Positions 23,935 to 36,400 of a stretch of 64,000 nucleotides of DNA are shown here, piece by piece. The notes under the pieces are model-generated. The model was not told the DNA's origin and ran no database searches. It saw nothing but the letters and a program-made list of their open reading frames with translations. The DNA lies in NCBI RefSeq assembly GCF_001194135.2, contig NC_068983.1, forward strand, positions 21,668,694 to 21,732,693, read 5' to 3'. A program made the position numbers and the translations under genes. Origin of the DNA: Octopus bimaculoides (taxonomy: Eukaryota). Numbering within the stretch: position 1 is the first letter of the stretch; each line of letters starts with the position of its first letter.

Positions 23935-24325
23935 CCAGGAGTGACTGTGTGGTAAGTAGCTTGCTTACCAATCACATAGTTCCGGGTTCAGTCCCATTGC
24001 GTGGCATCTTGGGCAAGTGTCTTCTACTATAGCCTCGGGCCGACCAAAGCCTTGTGAGTAGATTTGGTAGACGGAAACTGAAAGAAGCCTGTCATGTATA
24101 TGTATATATATTTGTATGTGTGTGTTTGTCCCCCTATCATTGCTTGACAACTGATGCTGGTGTGTTTATGTCCCCATTACTTAGCGGTTCGGCAAAAGAG
24201 ACCATTAGAATAAGTACTAGGCTTACAAAGAATAAGTCCTGGGGTCGATTTGCTCGACTAAAGGTAGTGCTCCTGCATGGCCGCAGTCAAATAACTGAAA
24301 CAAGTAAAAGAGTAAAAGAGTATAG
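23935..24325 (+). mobile_element. CORE-type SINE family A, full length
   Basis: Complete head-CORE-microsatellite-tail structure. Confidence 0.85.
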
Positions 24326-25304
24326 AGAACAATGAATAAAACATTCAGTGGTACTACAGAAGTTTGCTAAGCTGTAGAAAAACTCAATATATGCAATTGA
24401 AACAGTTTTCAATCATAGCTGCCATCTGTGCATCATACTAAATTTATACACACAGTTAGAAAGCATAAGGCTGTGAAATTGTCTGAAATAAAGACTTTAC
24501 ACTGACTTGTATTTGAGTGAGATGAATATTGTCTCTGCAGTGACTCTTCAGACTGAGAGACATGTTTCATTTCTGTTGATGCTCATGAATGCCAAAAACT
24601 TGACTGTTACCTACTTAATCTTTTATATCAAAACATACACCTTAGCCTTAAATATGTTGCAAAAGTCCAATAAATACTTGTTTTTTTGTCTATTGATAAT
24701 AAATTAGGTGCCAGAGGGTTAAGATACAACCAACATTTATCTTGTTGACAATCAGGTGAATAAAAAGTATGAAAAATTCTGGCAAAATTTCAACTTGGAA
24801 CTGAGAAAGACAATTCTAAATACTGTAATACAGTTAATGTTACACTTTATTGTTTTAACAATCTTCACCTCTCTCATGCCAAGCTGAAATATTGGTGCCA
24901 CTTTTATTTCCCAGTTGAACGTTTGTTTTAAAAATAGGTATTCGGTTGTTAGTTAATATTACATACCTTGTTTGAATGTTTGTACAAATATAAAAAGCTG
25001 AAAAGAGCTATAAAATTTTTATATCTCTATTGATTATAGTAAATGAATTATAAAAAAAGAAACTGTTTTTGTTGTCATTAAAACTTTTATTGCTTCTGAT
25101 ATATTTAACTTGTGGTAACTCTTTGAGTGATTTCAGCCATTCAATCGTGGCCATGTCAGGGCACAACCTTGCTGCCAAGGGTTTTTAACTAATTATATGG
25201 CCACTAGAATTTATTTCTGTTCGGTATTTACTTTATGAGTTTTTATTGAATGGCTTGGTTAGGTTTTGGTGTAAAAGACACATCATTTAGACAGTGGTCT
25301 GCAC

Positions 25305-25520
25305 ATGCACACACATACATACATATGCATGCACACATACACAATCATACATACATATACATATTCACAATCATACATACATATACATGCACACATTCAC
25401 AATCATACACATACATGCACACATATACACAATCATACATACACATACATGCACACATACACAATCATACATACATATACATGCACACATACACAATCAT
25501 ACATACATACATACATACAT
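25305..25520. repeat. About 32-nt CA/TA-rich minisatellite (atgcacacatacacaatcatacatacatatac)
   Basis: About 6-7 degenerate tandem units visible. Confidence 0.75.
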
Positions 25521-25524
25521 TGTT

Positions 25525-25903
25525 GTTTTGTTGGCACTCCGTCGCTTATGACGTCAAGGGTTCCAGTTGATCCAATCAATGGAACAGCCTGCTCGTGAAA
25601 TTAACATGCGAGTGGCTGAGCACTCCACAGACACGTGTACCCTTAATATAGTTCTCGGGGAGATTCAGCGTGACACAGTGTGACAAGGCTGACCCTTTGA
25701 ATTACAGGCACAACAGAAACAGGAAGTAAGAGAAAGATGTGGTGAAAGAGTACAGCAGGGTTCGCCACCATCCCCTGCCGGAGCCTCATGGAGCTTTAGG
25801 TGTTTTCGCTCAATAAACACTCACAACGCCCGGTCTGGGAGTCGAAACCGCGATCCTATGACTGCAAGTCCGCTGCCCTAACCACTGGGCCATTGCGCCT
25901 CCA
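25525..25903 (-). mobile_element. tRNA-derived SINE family B, full length
   Basis: Near-identical to 8830-9205; head ggaggcgcaatggcccagtggttagggcagcggac. Confidence 0.85.
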
Positions 25904-28900
25904 TACATATATGCACATATATACCACAAGATTTGTCATAGACATATACCAGCCTCTTATCCAATGACATGCTGTGTCCCCTATCTACCTTTTCTATGAC
26001 TACTTTAATGGCCTATATTGTTCAAAGCTGGCAGTCCTTATACCGTGTCTGCTAAGACACACCTAATTCATGTATCGCTCCTTCTCTCACCACCCATGTT
26101 TTGTTCCGCTTCCACAGACTCCATACTAACCACCAAACTCACTCCTTCCTCCTCAGAACGCTGGCCTTCTGGAATCTTCTCTAATACTTATACCTTTCCT
26201 GCAGGTTTTGAACTGCAACAGTTTAGGCAGAACACGAAAGGGACTGTGGAAACCATAAACACTGACTCTTCTACCACATCCAGAATATGATATACATATA
26301 TATATGGCTGTGTGGTAAGTAGCTTGCTTACCAACCACATGTTTCCGGGTTCAGTCCCACTGCATTGCATCATGGACAAGTGTCTTCTAGTATAGCCTCA
26401 GGCTGTCCTAAGCGTTGTGAGTGAATTTGTTAGACAGAAACTGAAAGAAGCCCATCGTATATATGTATATATATATGTGTGTGTGTGTCTGTGATTGTCC
26501 CCCTAGTATTGCTTGACAACCGATGCTGGTGTGTTTATGTCTCCGTCACTTAGCAGTTCANNNNNNNNNNNNNNNNNNNNNNNNNNNNNNNNNNNNNNNN
26601 NNNNNNNNNNNNNNNNNNNNNNNNNNNNNNNNNNNNNNNNNNNNNNNNNNNNNNNNNNNNNNNNNNNNNNNNNNNNNNNNNNNNNNNNNNNGATATACAT
26701 ATATATATGGCTGTGTGGTAAGTAGCTTGCTTACCAACCACATGTTTCCGGGTTCAGTCCCACTGCATTGCATCATGGACAAGTGTCTTCTAGTATAGCC
26801 TCAGGCTGTCCTAAGCGTTGTGAGTGAATTTGTTAGACAGAAACTGAAAGAAGCCCATCGTATATATGTATATATATATGTGTGTGTGTGAGAAAGAGAG
26901 AAAAATAGAGACAGATAGACAGGCTTCTACATAGTTTCCATCAACCAAATTCACTCGCAAGGAATTAGTCAGTCTGAGACTATAGTAGAAAGACACTTAC
27001 CCTAGGTGCCACGCAGAAGGACTGAATCCAAAATTACATGATTGTAAAGTGTGCTTTTTAATCACACAGCCATGCATGCACCTGTTTTTTTTTGGGGGGG
27101 GGGGTATGTTTTTTTAAATTTTCATACAGTGTGCTGGTAACACAAAAGGCACTCATGTTGCTGGTACCACATATAAACCATCCGTGCTGGCACCATATAT
27201 AAAAAGCACCCATGCTGATACCACATAAAGACATCTAATGCACTCTGTAAAATAGATTGGCATAAAGAAGGGCATCCAGCTGCAGAAACCAGGCCAAAAC
27301 AGACAATTGGAGCCTGGTGTAGCTCTCCAACTTAGCAGTTCTTGTCAAATCGTCCAACCCAAACTAGCATGGAAAACACACGTTAAATGATGATGATAGT
27401 GCATACCAATAAATAAATATTTGATCTGTAATGTACCATGAAGTCAAATACATTAAGAATCTCTGGTATAGACTGACAAACCAGTTGTCAGGTACAAATA
27501 AGTTCTTGACTTCCTTTACCTGAGACAATTTGGATTAGAGATCTTGAAAATCTATTTTGATTATATATAACATACCTTGGTAGATTCTGTCCCATTCTTC
27601 TTTTTTTTTATTTATTTACCTTCAAAGGAATTTATAAAGATTAAGGGTATGTTGTTGATTCCTTGCCATCAAATGAATAAGAGATAAATCCTTGAATAAG
27701 ACACAAATTTATCTCAAACCGTATTCTTTGGGGGCCTACTACCTATTTATCTTCAACAACAAAATGAATTGAAATATACTGAAGAACATAAAATGTCTAG
27801 ACCAAACATACAATAACATGTCTGAATGGAAATAGAAGTTAAGATATTTCTGTGATTGGTTCAGATTATATATTATCCACTTAGCTATTTCACAGAGATA
27901 TTCCCAGTTGGCTCTTGTAGTATTTTAAATATAGTTCTTTACAGATTTCCATCAGGATCAATGAGATATAGTCTATTTTTATTGTCTTCAGTCTTTTCAA
28001 GATATTCACAAGAAAAAAAAAAGTTAATTGAGACATTCTTGTTACATACAAAGAAAAAATTCTTTTGGAAATCAGATAAATTGCTTGTTCAATTAACTTC
28101 TTCACTTCTAATTGGGCAACTTGATATAAAACCAAAATTTATATGTCTGTTGGCTTCTTTAATCAGTACACATGATTAGCTCAGTCAGATCTACAAATTC
28201 AAATTCTGTTCTAAATTACAAACATTATGCATTACTTGTAGGTTTGTTAGTTGTAAATTTAAGTATTTGCATGAATTACACTGGGTAACACAAACTTTGT
28301 CCTTTAGTAACAATTGTTATTTCCTGTTTGCTTAACCCTAGAAAATATGAAAATTTGTAAATATTTCCTTCAAACTTTGCTTATGTTATATTTATTCAAA
28401 CGCTAAAGAATCCCTCTCAACACATCGCTACAATGCTCCCCCATTACTCCTGCTTGTGATCAGAAATGCACAAATTGTCAGCCACTAAGAGATATGATCA
28501 ATTGGTTAAGGTCAAGCAACTGACAAGCAAATCTGTGGTGTTGAACAGAATATTTGCAATAACAATATTTCTACTTCAGCAACTCAACACTGAATCTGTC
28601 TGAAATGTAACAGAAAATAAGTCAGTTTCAAAACATTGATGCCCAGGTCACTAAAGCAAAGTTTGAAGGGAATAGTAGTCATTTCCTTTTATTTCTAACT
28701 AGAAGCAAATAGGAAAATAGAAAATAACACTTACTCTTTTACATGTTTCAGTCATTTGACTGCGGCCATACTGGAGCACCCTCTTTTAGTCAAGCAAATC
28801 GACCCCAGGACTTATTCTTTGGAAGCCTAGTATTTATTCTATCGATCACTTTTGCCAAACTGCTACACAGCTAACCACCTACACATTTTTCTGCAAAATA

Positions 28901-29516
28901 GGGGTAGCTTATCCTGTTCAGGCTATATTATTAGCATTATCCTGCGTTTGAGAATTTAAAATCACTTCTTTAACTTTCTAAGACATCTCAACACTTCTAA
29001 AAGAGCAAACTTTGTTTGTTTACGTTCATAGTAATTTGAATTTATTATTATTATTATTTTGTAGTAAGGCTCCAACAAGTAGAGAGTAAAGATAATCAGC
29101 TAAGAGAGTAAAGATAATGTTGAATATAAAAAAAAACAAACACAATTCTTGTTAACATAACTACCCAAGATTTCCTGGTCAAAACTAATTTATTTCACCC
29201 TTTTTCAAGCCAATAACAAGATTGTTTGTCAGTTGCTTTTTGAAGCAGATGACATTTAAAGAAGAGACACTAATAAGGAAGAAGACAAAAAGAAAAACAC
29301 AAGGGAGATAACCAATGTTATAATGCCATTTCAAAAGAATGACAAGATGTTAATGGTTTACTGTGTGTCCGGTGGTCTATTTTTAGATAGATAATTTCTT
29401 TAAAAATAGACCGTTATTTATTATTTTGTGTCTTTATATTCTGGGTTCAAATTCCATAAAGGTCAACTCTGCCTACCCTTTGAGTCAATGTAATCAATTA
29501 AAAAATTTCAGGTGTG

Positions 29517-29890
29517 GGAGTAGCTGTGTGGTAAGCAGCTTGCTTATGAACCACATGGTTCCGAGTTCAGTCCCACTGAGTGGCACCTTGGGGAAGTCTC
29601 TTCTACTATAGCCTCAGGCTGACCAAAGCCTTGTGAGTGGATCTGGTAGACGGAAACTGAAAGAAGCCCGTCGTATATATATGTATGTGTGTCTGTGTTT
29701 TTTCCCCCAACATCACTTAATAGATGCTGGTGTGTTTACATCCCCGTAACTTAGTGGTTCGGCAAAAGAGACCAATAGAACAAGTACTAGGCTTACAAAG
29801 AATAAGTCCTGGAGTCAATTTGCTCGACTAAAGGTAGTGCTCTAGCATGGCCACAGTCAAATGACTGAAACAAGTAAAAGAGTAAAAGAG
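29517..29890 (+). mobile_element. CORE-type SINE family A, full length
   Basis: Complete head-CORE-tail structure. Confidence 0.85.
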
Positions 29891-30197
29891 GCCTTGTGCC
29901 TATAGTAGAAATAACTATTATTACCACTATGGACATCACCACCACCATCATCACCACCAACACCATCATCATAATAGTAGCAATAATTATGATCCTTTCT
30001 ACTATAGGCACAAGGTCCAAAATTTTAGGGGAAGAGACTAGTCAATTACATTAGTTCCATTGTTCAACTCATGCTTATTTTATCGACCCCCACAAAAGGC
30101 TGGATAACAAAGTCAATCTTGGCAGAATTTGAACTTGGGACATAAAGCCAGAGTGCCACTAAGTATTTAATCTGGTGTGATGATTTTACCAGCTCGC

Positions 30198-30238
<41 letters not shown>

Positions 30239-30269
30239 TGATGATGATGATGATGATGATAATGATTAT

Positions 30270-30595
30270 TATTATTGCCTACAAAGTGGTGCAGTCCCAG
30301 AGTGGATTGTAGACGGAAAGACAACACTGTTGATGAAAGATCGGTCAAAGGGCAATGAGGTTAGCAATTATTGACCCATTGCTTGTCTTAACCTCTTATG
30401 GAAAGTGTTAACAGGCATCCTCACAGGGAAAAAATATACATTCGTTGCATGAAACAATCTCTACTTCCAGTAGAACAAAAGGGATGCTGAAAAGGATCCA
30501 AGGGCACCAAGAACTACCTTGTGATGGGGTTGTAATGAAGAACTGGATAGACTTTAAACTGGCTTATGACATGTTGCCACATTTGTGGATATACA
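30270..30595 (+). mobile_element. R4/Dong-clade reverse-transcriptase fragment, degenerate
   Basis: CLQSGAVPEWIVDGKTTLLMKDRSKGNEVSNY*PIACLNLLWKVLTGIL..EQKGC*KGSKGTK..WIDFKLAYDMLPHLWI; preceded by (aat)n(gat)n. Confidence 0.8.
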
Positions 30596-32494
30596 TACTT
30601 GTGTGTGTGTGTGTGTGTGTTGTTTTATGCGTATGTGAATGTAATAATCGCATGATAACAGCATGGTTAGAGTGTCCTGATAGTGATGGAGCCGTTCTGT
30701 ATTTGAGGAAACGTTAGCTGTGTAGCATGGAATGCATGTGTGTTGAAGAGAGTACGAGTTATAAATGCTGTCATAACTAGCAGCATCTGATCTTGATGAT
30801 GATGATGATGGTGAGGAGAAAGGTGAGGCAGAGGGGGAGGGTTTTTATCATCATCATCATAATAATTGTGGTGATGTCGATGGAGATAGAGAACTAGGTA
30901 ATAACTGACTGTATTAGAGATGATGTCACAGCTGATGATAATGATGATGATGACGATGATGATAGCTGTGGTTATAGTGGTAGTTTATGATATAACATTA
31001 ACACAGCATGCCTGCATTTGTAATAGCAATAATGTTGCTGTTGTTGTTGTTGCTGTCCTTGCTGTTTAATCACAGGTGAACTCCGATGGAGCAAACTTAT
31101 GATCGAAAGCATTCCAGCCATGACACCCTCATTTTTTTTTTCCCCTGTGGACTTCATTATCTAACACATCCTTGCCTAAAACACTAAGGTACGAATTGAG
31201 GGATATTTTAACTGCTATTTCTAGCAAGGCAAGCAACCACATAGAAGACCTTCCATTGGCTTGCAATATTGGGTTCAAACACTGAGGTATGAGTTGAGGA
31301 ATATTTAACTGCTATTTCTAGCAAGGCAAGCAACCACATAAAAGACCTTCCCTGGTGATGGTTTTTATAGTCCACATGTTTAAGATGATGATGAGGAGGA
31401 GGAGAAGGAAGACAATGAAAACGGTGATGATAATGTTGACAATGATGTTGGTGATGAAGATGATGATGATGATGGTGGTGACGGTAGTGATGACGATGAC
31501 AATCATTGTCAGCTTGGTATTCATGGTGCAAACAATGCTGAGTATCTTCGTTGTGTCTTGATGATGACGACGATGATGATGAGGAAGAGGAGGAGGAGGG
31601 GAGGAGGAAGACAATGAAAACGGTGATGATGATGTTGACAATGATGTTGGTGAGGAAGATGAAGATGATGATGATGATGGTGATGATGATGATGATGATG
31701 GTGACCATCGTCCTAATCTTAAATTGGTATTCCTGATGAAAACGATGCTGAGTATCTTCACGGTGTATGTCCTGATGATGATGATGCTGACGATGATGAT
31801 GATGATGATGATGATGACGATGACGATGATTACGATGACGATGACGATGATGATGATGATGATGTGCTTGTGCATGCATGTGAGTCTCTGTGCTTGTGTG
31901 CATGTGCATACATGTGTGTGTGTGTGTGAGTGTATGACCATAATGTTGGGACAGAGTAAAAGAAAGAGAAGAGATAAACAGACAGAGACAGAAAAGGCAA
32001 GAGAGAGAGAGAGAGAATGAGAAAGTGAGACAGACAGCTAGACAGAGAGAGGAAGAAAAAAGAAAAAAAGAGAGACAAAGAGAGATAGAGAGAGACATAC
32101 AGACTTTTGATTGGCAGTAATTTTTGCTGGCAAGTCCTCCTCGTGCCACCCAGCCTGTCCTCTACTGCCACAAACAATCACCACCTTCGCAGAAATAATT
32201 GAATTCAGCCATGTACATAATTGTACAGCAGCAATGAGATGGAATGTAGCAAGAATCGACAATCTTACTGCAGTCTAAGATGGGAATTTCACTGTTGGTT
32301 GACGTATGTATGGGCGCATGTATAACGTGTGTGTGAATATTTATATGTGTGCCTGTGTGTGTATTTGTGAACATTTATATATATATATATGTGTGTGTTT
32401 GTGAACATTTATGTACATATGTGTTTGTGTGTGTATTTGTGAATATTTATATATTTCTATACATATATGTGTGTGTGTGTGTATCATATATATA

Positions 32495-32985
32495 GGCGCA
32501 GGCATGGCTGTATGGTAAGTAGCTTGCTAACCAACCACATGGTTCCAGGTTCAGTCCCACTGCATGGCTCCTTGGGCAAGTGTCTTCTACTATAGCCTCA
32601 GGCCGACCAAAGCCTTGTGAGTGGATTTGGCAGACGGAAACTGAAAGAAGCCTGTCGGTCTTATGTTTAAGATGGTTCCCATACATTCCCTGGGGAGAAG
32701 TTTACATTTTTAACATCGACGATTCCTATGGATCGCATAAATTGTAATTCTTCGAAACATATGTCGGAATAAAGTATGCAGTTATAACATGCGTTTACTC
32801 CATTCCTTAAATTTTTATGTATGTGTGTGTCCCCCATCATCACTTGACATCGATGCTGGTGTGTTTACATCCCTGTAACTTAGCAGTTCGGCAAAAGTGA
32901 CCGATAGAATAAGTACTAGGCTTACAAAGAATAAATCCTGGGCATCGATTTGCGGCATGGCCACAGTCAAAATGACGAATAAAAG
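32495..32985 (+). mobile_element. CORE-type SINE family A, split by an approximately 160-bp insertion carrying a hammerhead relic
   Basis: The 5' half ends at ..gaagcctgtcg (about 32657) and the 3' half resumes at about 32815 (atgtatgtgtgtgtccccc..). Confidence 0.75.
32685..32770 (+). ncRNA. Type I hammerhead ribozyme relic (single core substitution A6G)
   Basis: AUUCC-CUGGGGA-GAAG..(hairpin cgattc/ggatcg)..CUUC-GAAA-CAUAUGUC-GGAAU: helix I AUUCC/GGAAU, palindromic ACAUAUGU helix III, GUC cleavage triplet. Confidence 0.65.
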
Positions 32986-33889
32986 AATATATGTCATCAT
33001 CATCATCGTCATTGAACGTCTGTTATCCATGCAGGCATGGGTCAGACAAATAAAGTAGACCAGCCACCAAATTCACACACACACATGCATATACATATGC
33101 ACACACACACACACACAAAGTGTGTAGGCATTTGCGCATATCAACGCATGTTTGTGTGTGTGTGTACGAATATATGTCTGTGTAAGTGTTTGTAGGTGAT
33201 AGTTGGTCAGTGGATAGCAGAGAAGAAAAAGACTGTTTGCATGCGCGAGGAAGAGAAGGAGAAAGAAGGAGTGAGAGGAGGAGGAGGCAGAAGGTGGGGA
33301 GAAAGAGGAGGAGGTGGCAGGAGCAGGAGGAAGTGGTGGAAGATGGGGAGGAGGAGGAGGAATTATGGTGGGGGGAGTGAGTAAATAGATTCATATGTTC
33401 CTTGTAGTGGTGGTGGTGGTGATTTTTGGCAGTAAGCAGCAGCAGTTGAAGTAGTAGTAGTAGTAACAGTAGTAGTACTAATAGTAGTAGTAGTAACAGT
33501 AGTAGTCATAGTGTCTCACCACCTGTCATATTCAGGATGGATGGCTCTGGTTTGTTTTGTTTTTTGTATTTTCTTTCTTTCCCACTTTATTCTATAACAC
33601 ACACGCACACATACACACACACGTAGCTTTTTGTTTTATTTTACATCATCATTATAGTTATTTTTTTATTTATAAAAATGCTTTGACTTAGTGTGTATGC
33701 ATTTATACATACACACACATATATAATCATAAATATATAGGGATTGACAGTAACCTGCTTCTCCAACATACGGAGAATTCAGAAATAGCAGCCAAAGAAC
33801 TACTGATTCCAAAACTACAAATTATTACTCTAAATTGATAGCGATATTCTTGATACACACAGAACAAAAAACAGTAGAGAATATATTCT

Positions 33890-34560
33890 TTTACTTACTT
33901 CAATCATTTGACAGTGGCCATGCTGGAGTACCACCTTTAGTCAAACAAGTCAACCCCAGGACTTATTCTTTGTAAGCCTAGTACTTATTCTATTGGGTTT
34001 TTTTTTTTTGCCGAACCGCTAAGTTACAGGGATGTAAACACACTAACATTTGTTGTAAAGAGTTGCTGGGGGAACAAACACAGACACACAAATACATGAA
34101 TACATATCTCTTTTACTCTTTTACTTGTTTCAGTCATTTGACTGTGGCCATGCTGGAGCACCGCCTTTAGTCGAGCAAATCGACCCCAGGACTTATTCTT
34201 TGTAAGCCTAGTACTTATTCTATCGGTCTCTTTTGCCGAACCGCTAAGTTACGGGGACCTAAACACACCAGCATCGGTTGTCAAGCGATGTTGGGGGGAC
34301 AAACACAGACACACAAACATACATATATACGACGAGCTTGTTTCAGTTTCCGTCTACCAAATTCACTCACAAGGCTTTGGTCGGCCCGAGGCTATAGTAG
34401 AAGACACTTGCCCAAGGTGCCACGCTTCTTTCAGTTTCCATGTACCAAACCCACTGATAAGGCTTTGGTCAGCCCAAAATATAGTAGAAGACACTTGCCG
34501 AAGGTCTTACGCGGGGAGACTGAACCCAGAATCATGTGGTGGGAAGCAAGCTTCTTACCC
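33890..34560 (-). mobile_element. Cluster of family A SINE pieces (two 3' halves plus duplicated 5' parts)
   Basis: Reverse-complement matches to family A, repeated in tandem. Confidence 0.75.
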
Positions 34561-35170
34561 TCATTTAACATCTGTTTTCCATGCTGGCATGAGTTGGATG
34601 GTTTGACAGGAACTGGCCAGCTGGAGACCTGCCCATGTTCTAATTGCCTATTGTGACATGGTTTCTGCAGCTTGATGCTCCTTCTAGCACCACCTATTGC
34701 ACAGCGTATAATGGGTGCTTTTTACGTCATACCAGCATGGGAACATTTATATATTAGGCAGCACCAGTATGAGTGCTTTTGCATGGCACTGTATGGGTGT
34801 TTTTATGTGGCACCAGCATGAGTATTTTTTACATGATACCAGCACCCATGAGCCCTCAAAGTAAGGATCTTTTTGACTGAGAAAGGGACATAGAAGACAT
34901 GCCTATATGTACAGACAGTCACAGTTTTACTTCACTTAATATCTTCTCAAGCACAGCAAACTGCCAGGAGTCTCGGTCCCTTATCAAATCCTCTGTGAGA
35001 CCCGATGTCAGAAGATCCTTTCTCAATACTTCATCCCACATCTTCCTGCGTCTGCCCCTTCCATATGTTCCCTCCACAATTATAGATTGGCACTTCTTTA
35101 TGCAACTGTCCTCATCCATACACATCACATAACCATACCAGCACAGTCTTCTCTCTTGCACACTAAAGTT
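34560..35170 (-). mobile_element. RTE LINE 3' end (ORF end + UTR)
   Basis: QERRLCWYGYVMCMDEDSCIKKCQSIIVEGTYGRGRRRKMWDEVLRKDLLTSGLTEDLIRDRDSWQFAVLEK (34919-35188). Confidence 0.85.
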
Positions 35171-35773
35171 GGTGCCTCTCTTGCACACTACATCTGGTGC
35201 CTCCCTTGCACACTACATCTAATACCTCTTGCACACTACATCTAGTGCCTCTCTTGCACACTACATCTAGTGCCTCTCTTGCACACTACATCTAGTGCCT
35301 CTCTTGCACACCACACCTGGTGCCTCCCTTGCACACTACATCTAGTGCCTCTCTTGCACACTACATCTAATACCTCTTGCACACTACATCTAGTGCCTCT
35401 CTTGCACACTACATCTAGTGCCTCTCTTGCACACCACACCTGGTGCCTCCCTTGCACACTACATCTAGTGCCTCTCTTGCACACTACATCTAGTGCCTCT
35501 CTTGCACACTACATCTAGTGCCTCTCTTGCACACTACATCTAGTGCCTCTCTTGCACACTACATCTGGTGCCTCTCTTGCACACTACATCTAGTGCCTCT
35601 CTTGCACACTACATCTAATACCTCTTGCACACTACATCTAGTGCCTCTCTTGCACACTACATCTAGTGCCTCTCTTGCACACTACATCTAGTGCCTCTCT
35701 TGCACACCACACCTGGTGCCTCCCTTGCACACTACATCTGGTGCCTCTCTTGCACACTACATCTGGTGCCTCT
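35170..35773. repeat. 25-bp minisatellite (tagtgcctctcttgcacactacatc), about 24 units
   Basis: Visible tandem array with 23-nt and substitution variants; the unit is a piece of the adjoining RTE ORF. Confidence 0.95.
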
Positions 35774-36124
35774 GAAATCATTTACCCTCTGGCAGTAGTA
35801 GCAGCACCTCTATAACTGACAATGGTGATAGTATTATCAATGCCACCACCTCTGCCAACACCAACATCAGCAGTGACATAAACAACATCAGTAACAACAT
35901 AAACAGGTACTTTACAGGCATTACTGACGCAACCACAACCTCCAACAGCACCAACACCAGCTGCCCTGCTCCAACATTATCAGCATCAACATCAACAGCG
36001 GCAACAAAATCATCGGCGACAGCAACAAGAACATCAACAGTAGCAGCAGCAACGGTAGCAACGATATCGGCAGCCACAGCTACCCCAACAGCAGCAGTGG
36101 CAACAACGACAATAATAGGTACAT

Positions 36125-36400
36125 CACCAACATCATGTGTCCACGGAAATATATTGGTCGTACCAGAAATTCATTCAGGAAACGTTTTTCCAACCATGGA
36201 TCCTCCTTCAGAGTCCTAGAAAGGAGATATGCAACATCGCTGGCCAGCCATGTTTGGCAACTAAAAGATGATGGAGTTCCACACTCGATCTCATGGACAA
36301 TCCTCGAAAACCCAGGCCCCTACGTTAATGAGACAAAACACTACAAGCTATGCATAGGAAATTAATGGTATTTACAGGGAGATCAAAGCAACAATGGATT
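36125..36400 (+). mobile_element. Penelope-like element GIY-YIG endonuclease relic
   Basis: RKYIGRTRNSFRKRFSNHGSSFR..RYATSLASHVWQLKDDGVPHSISWTILE..PY.N.TK..KLC matches the YIGxTxxxFKxRxxNHxxSF..T.LS..IW.LK...I.W.I..C.LC pattern of Penelope (Neptune/Poseidon-type) endonucleases. Confidence 0.8.

Noticed and set aside
26290-26890. Identical approximately 200-bp SINE-containing block on both sides of an N gap
   Set aside because: 100% identity flanking a gap is typical of unmerged contig overlap or haplotype duplication; it is not evidence of a real tandem duplication.
35170-35773. Regularly spaced 25-bp repeats as a possible CRISPR-like array
   Set aside because: The units are contiguous with no unique spacers, derive from RTE sequence and lie in a eukaryotic context.
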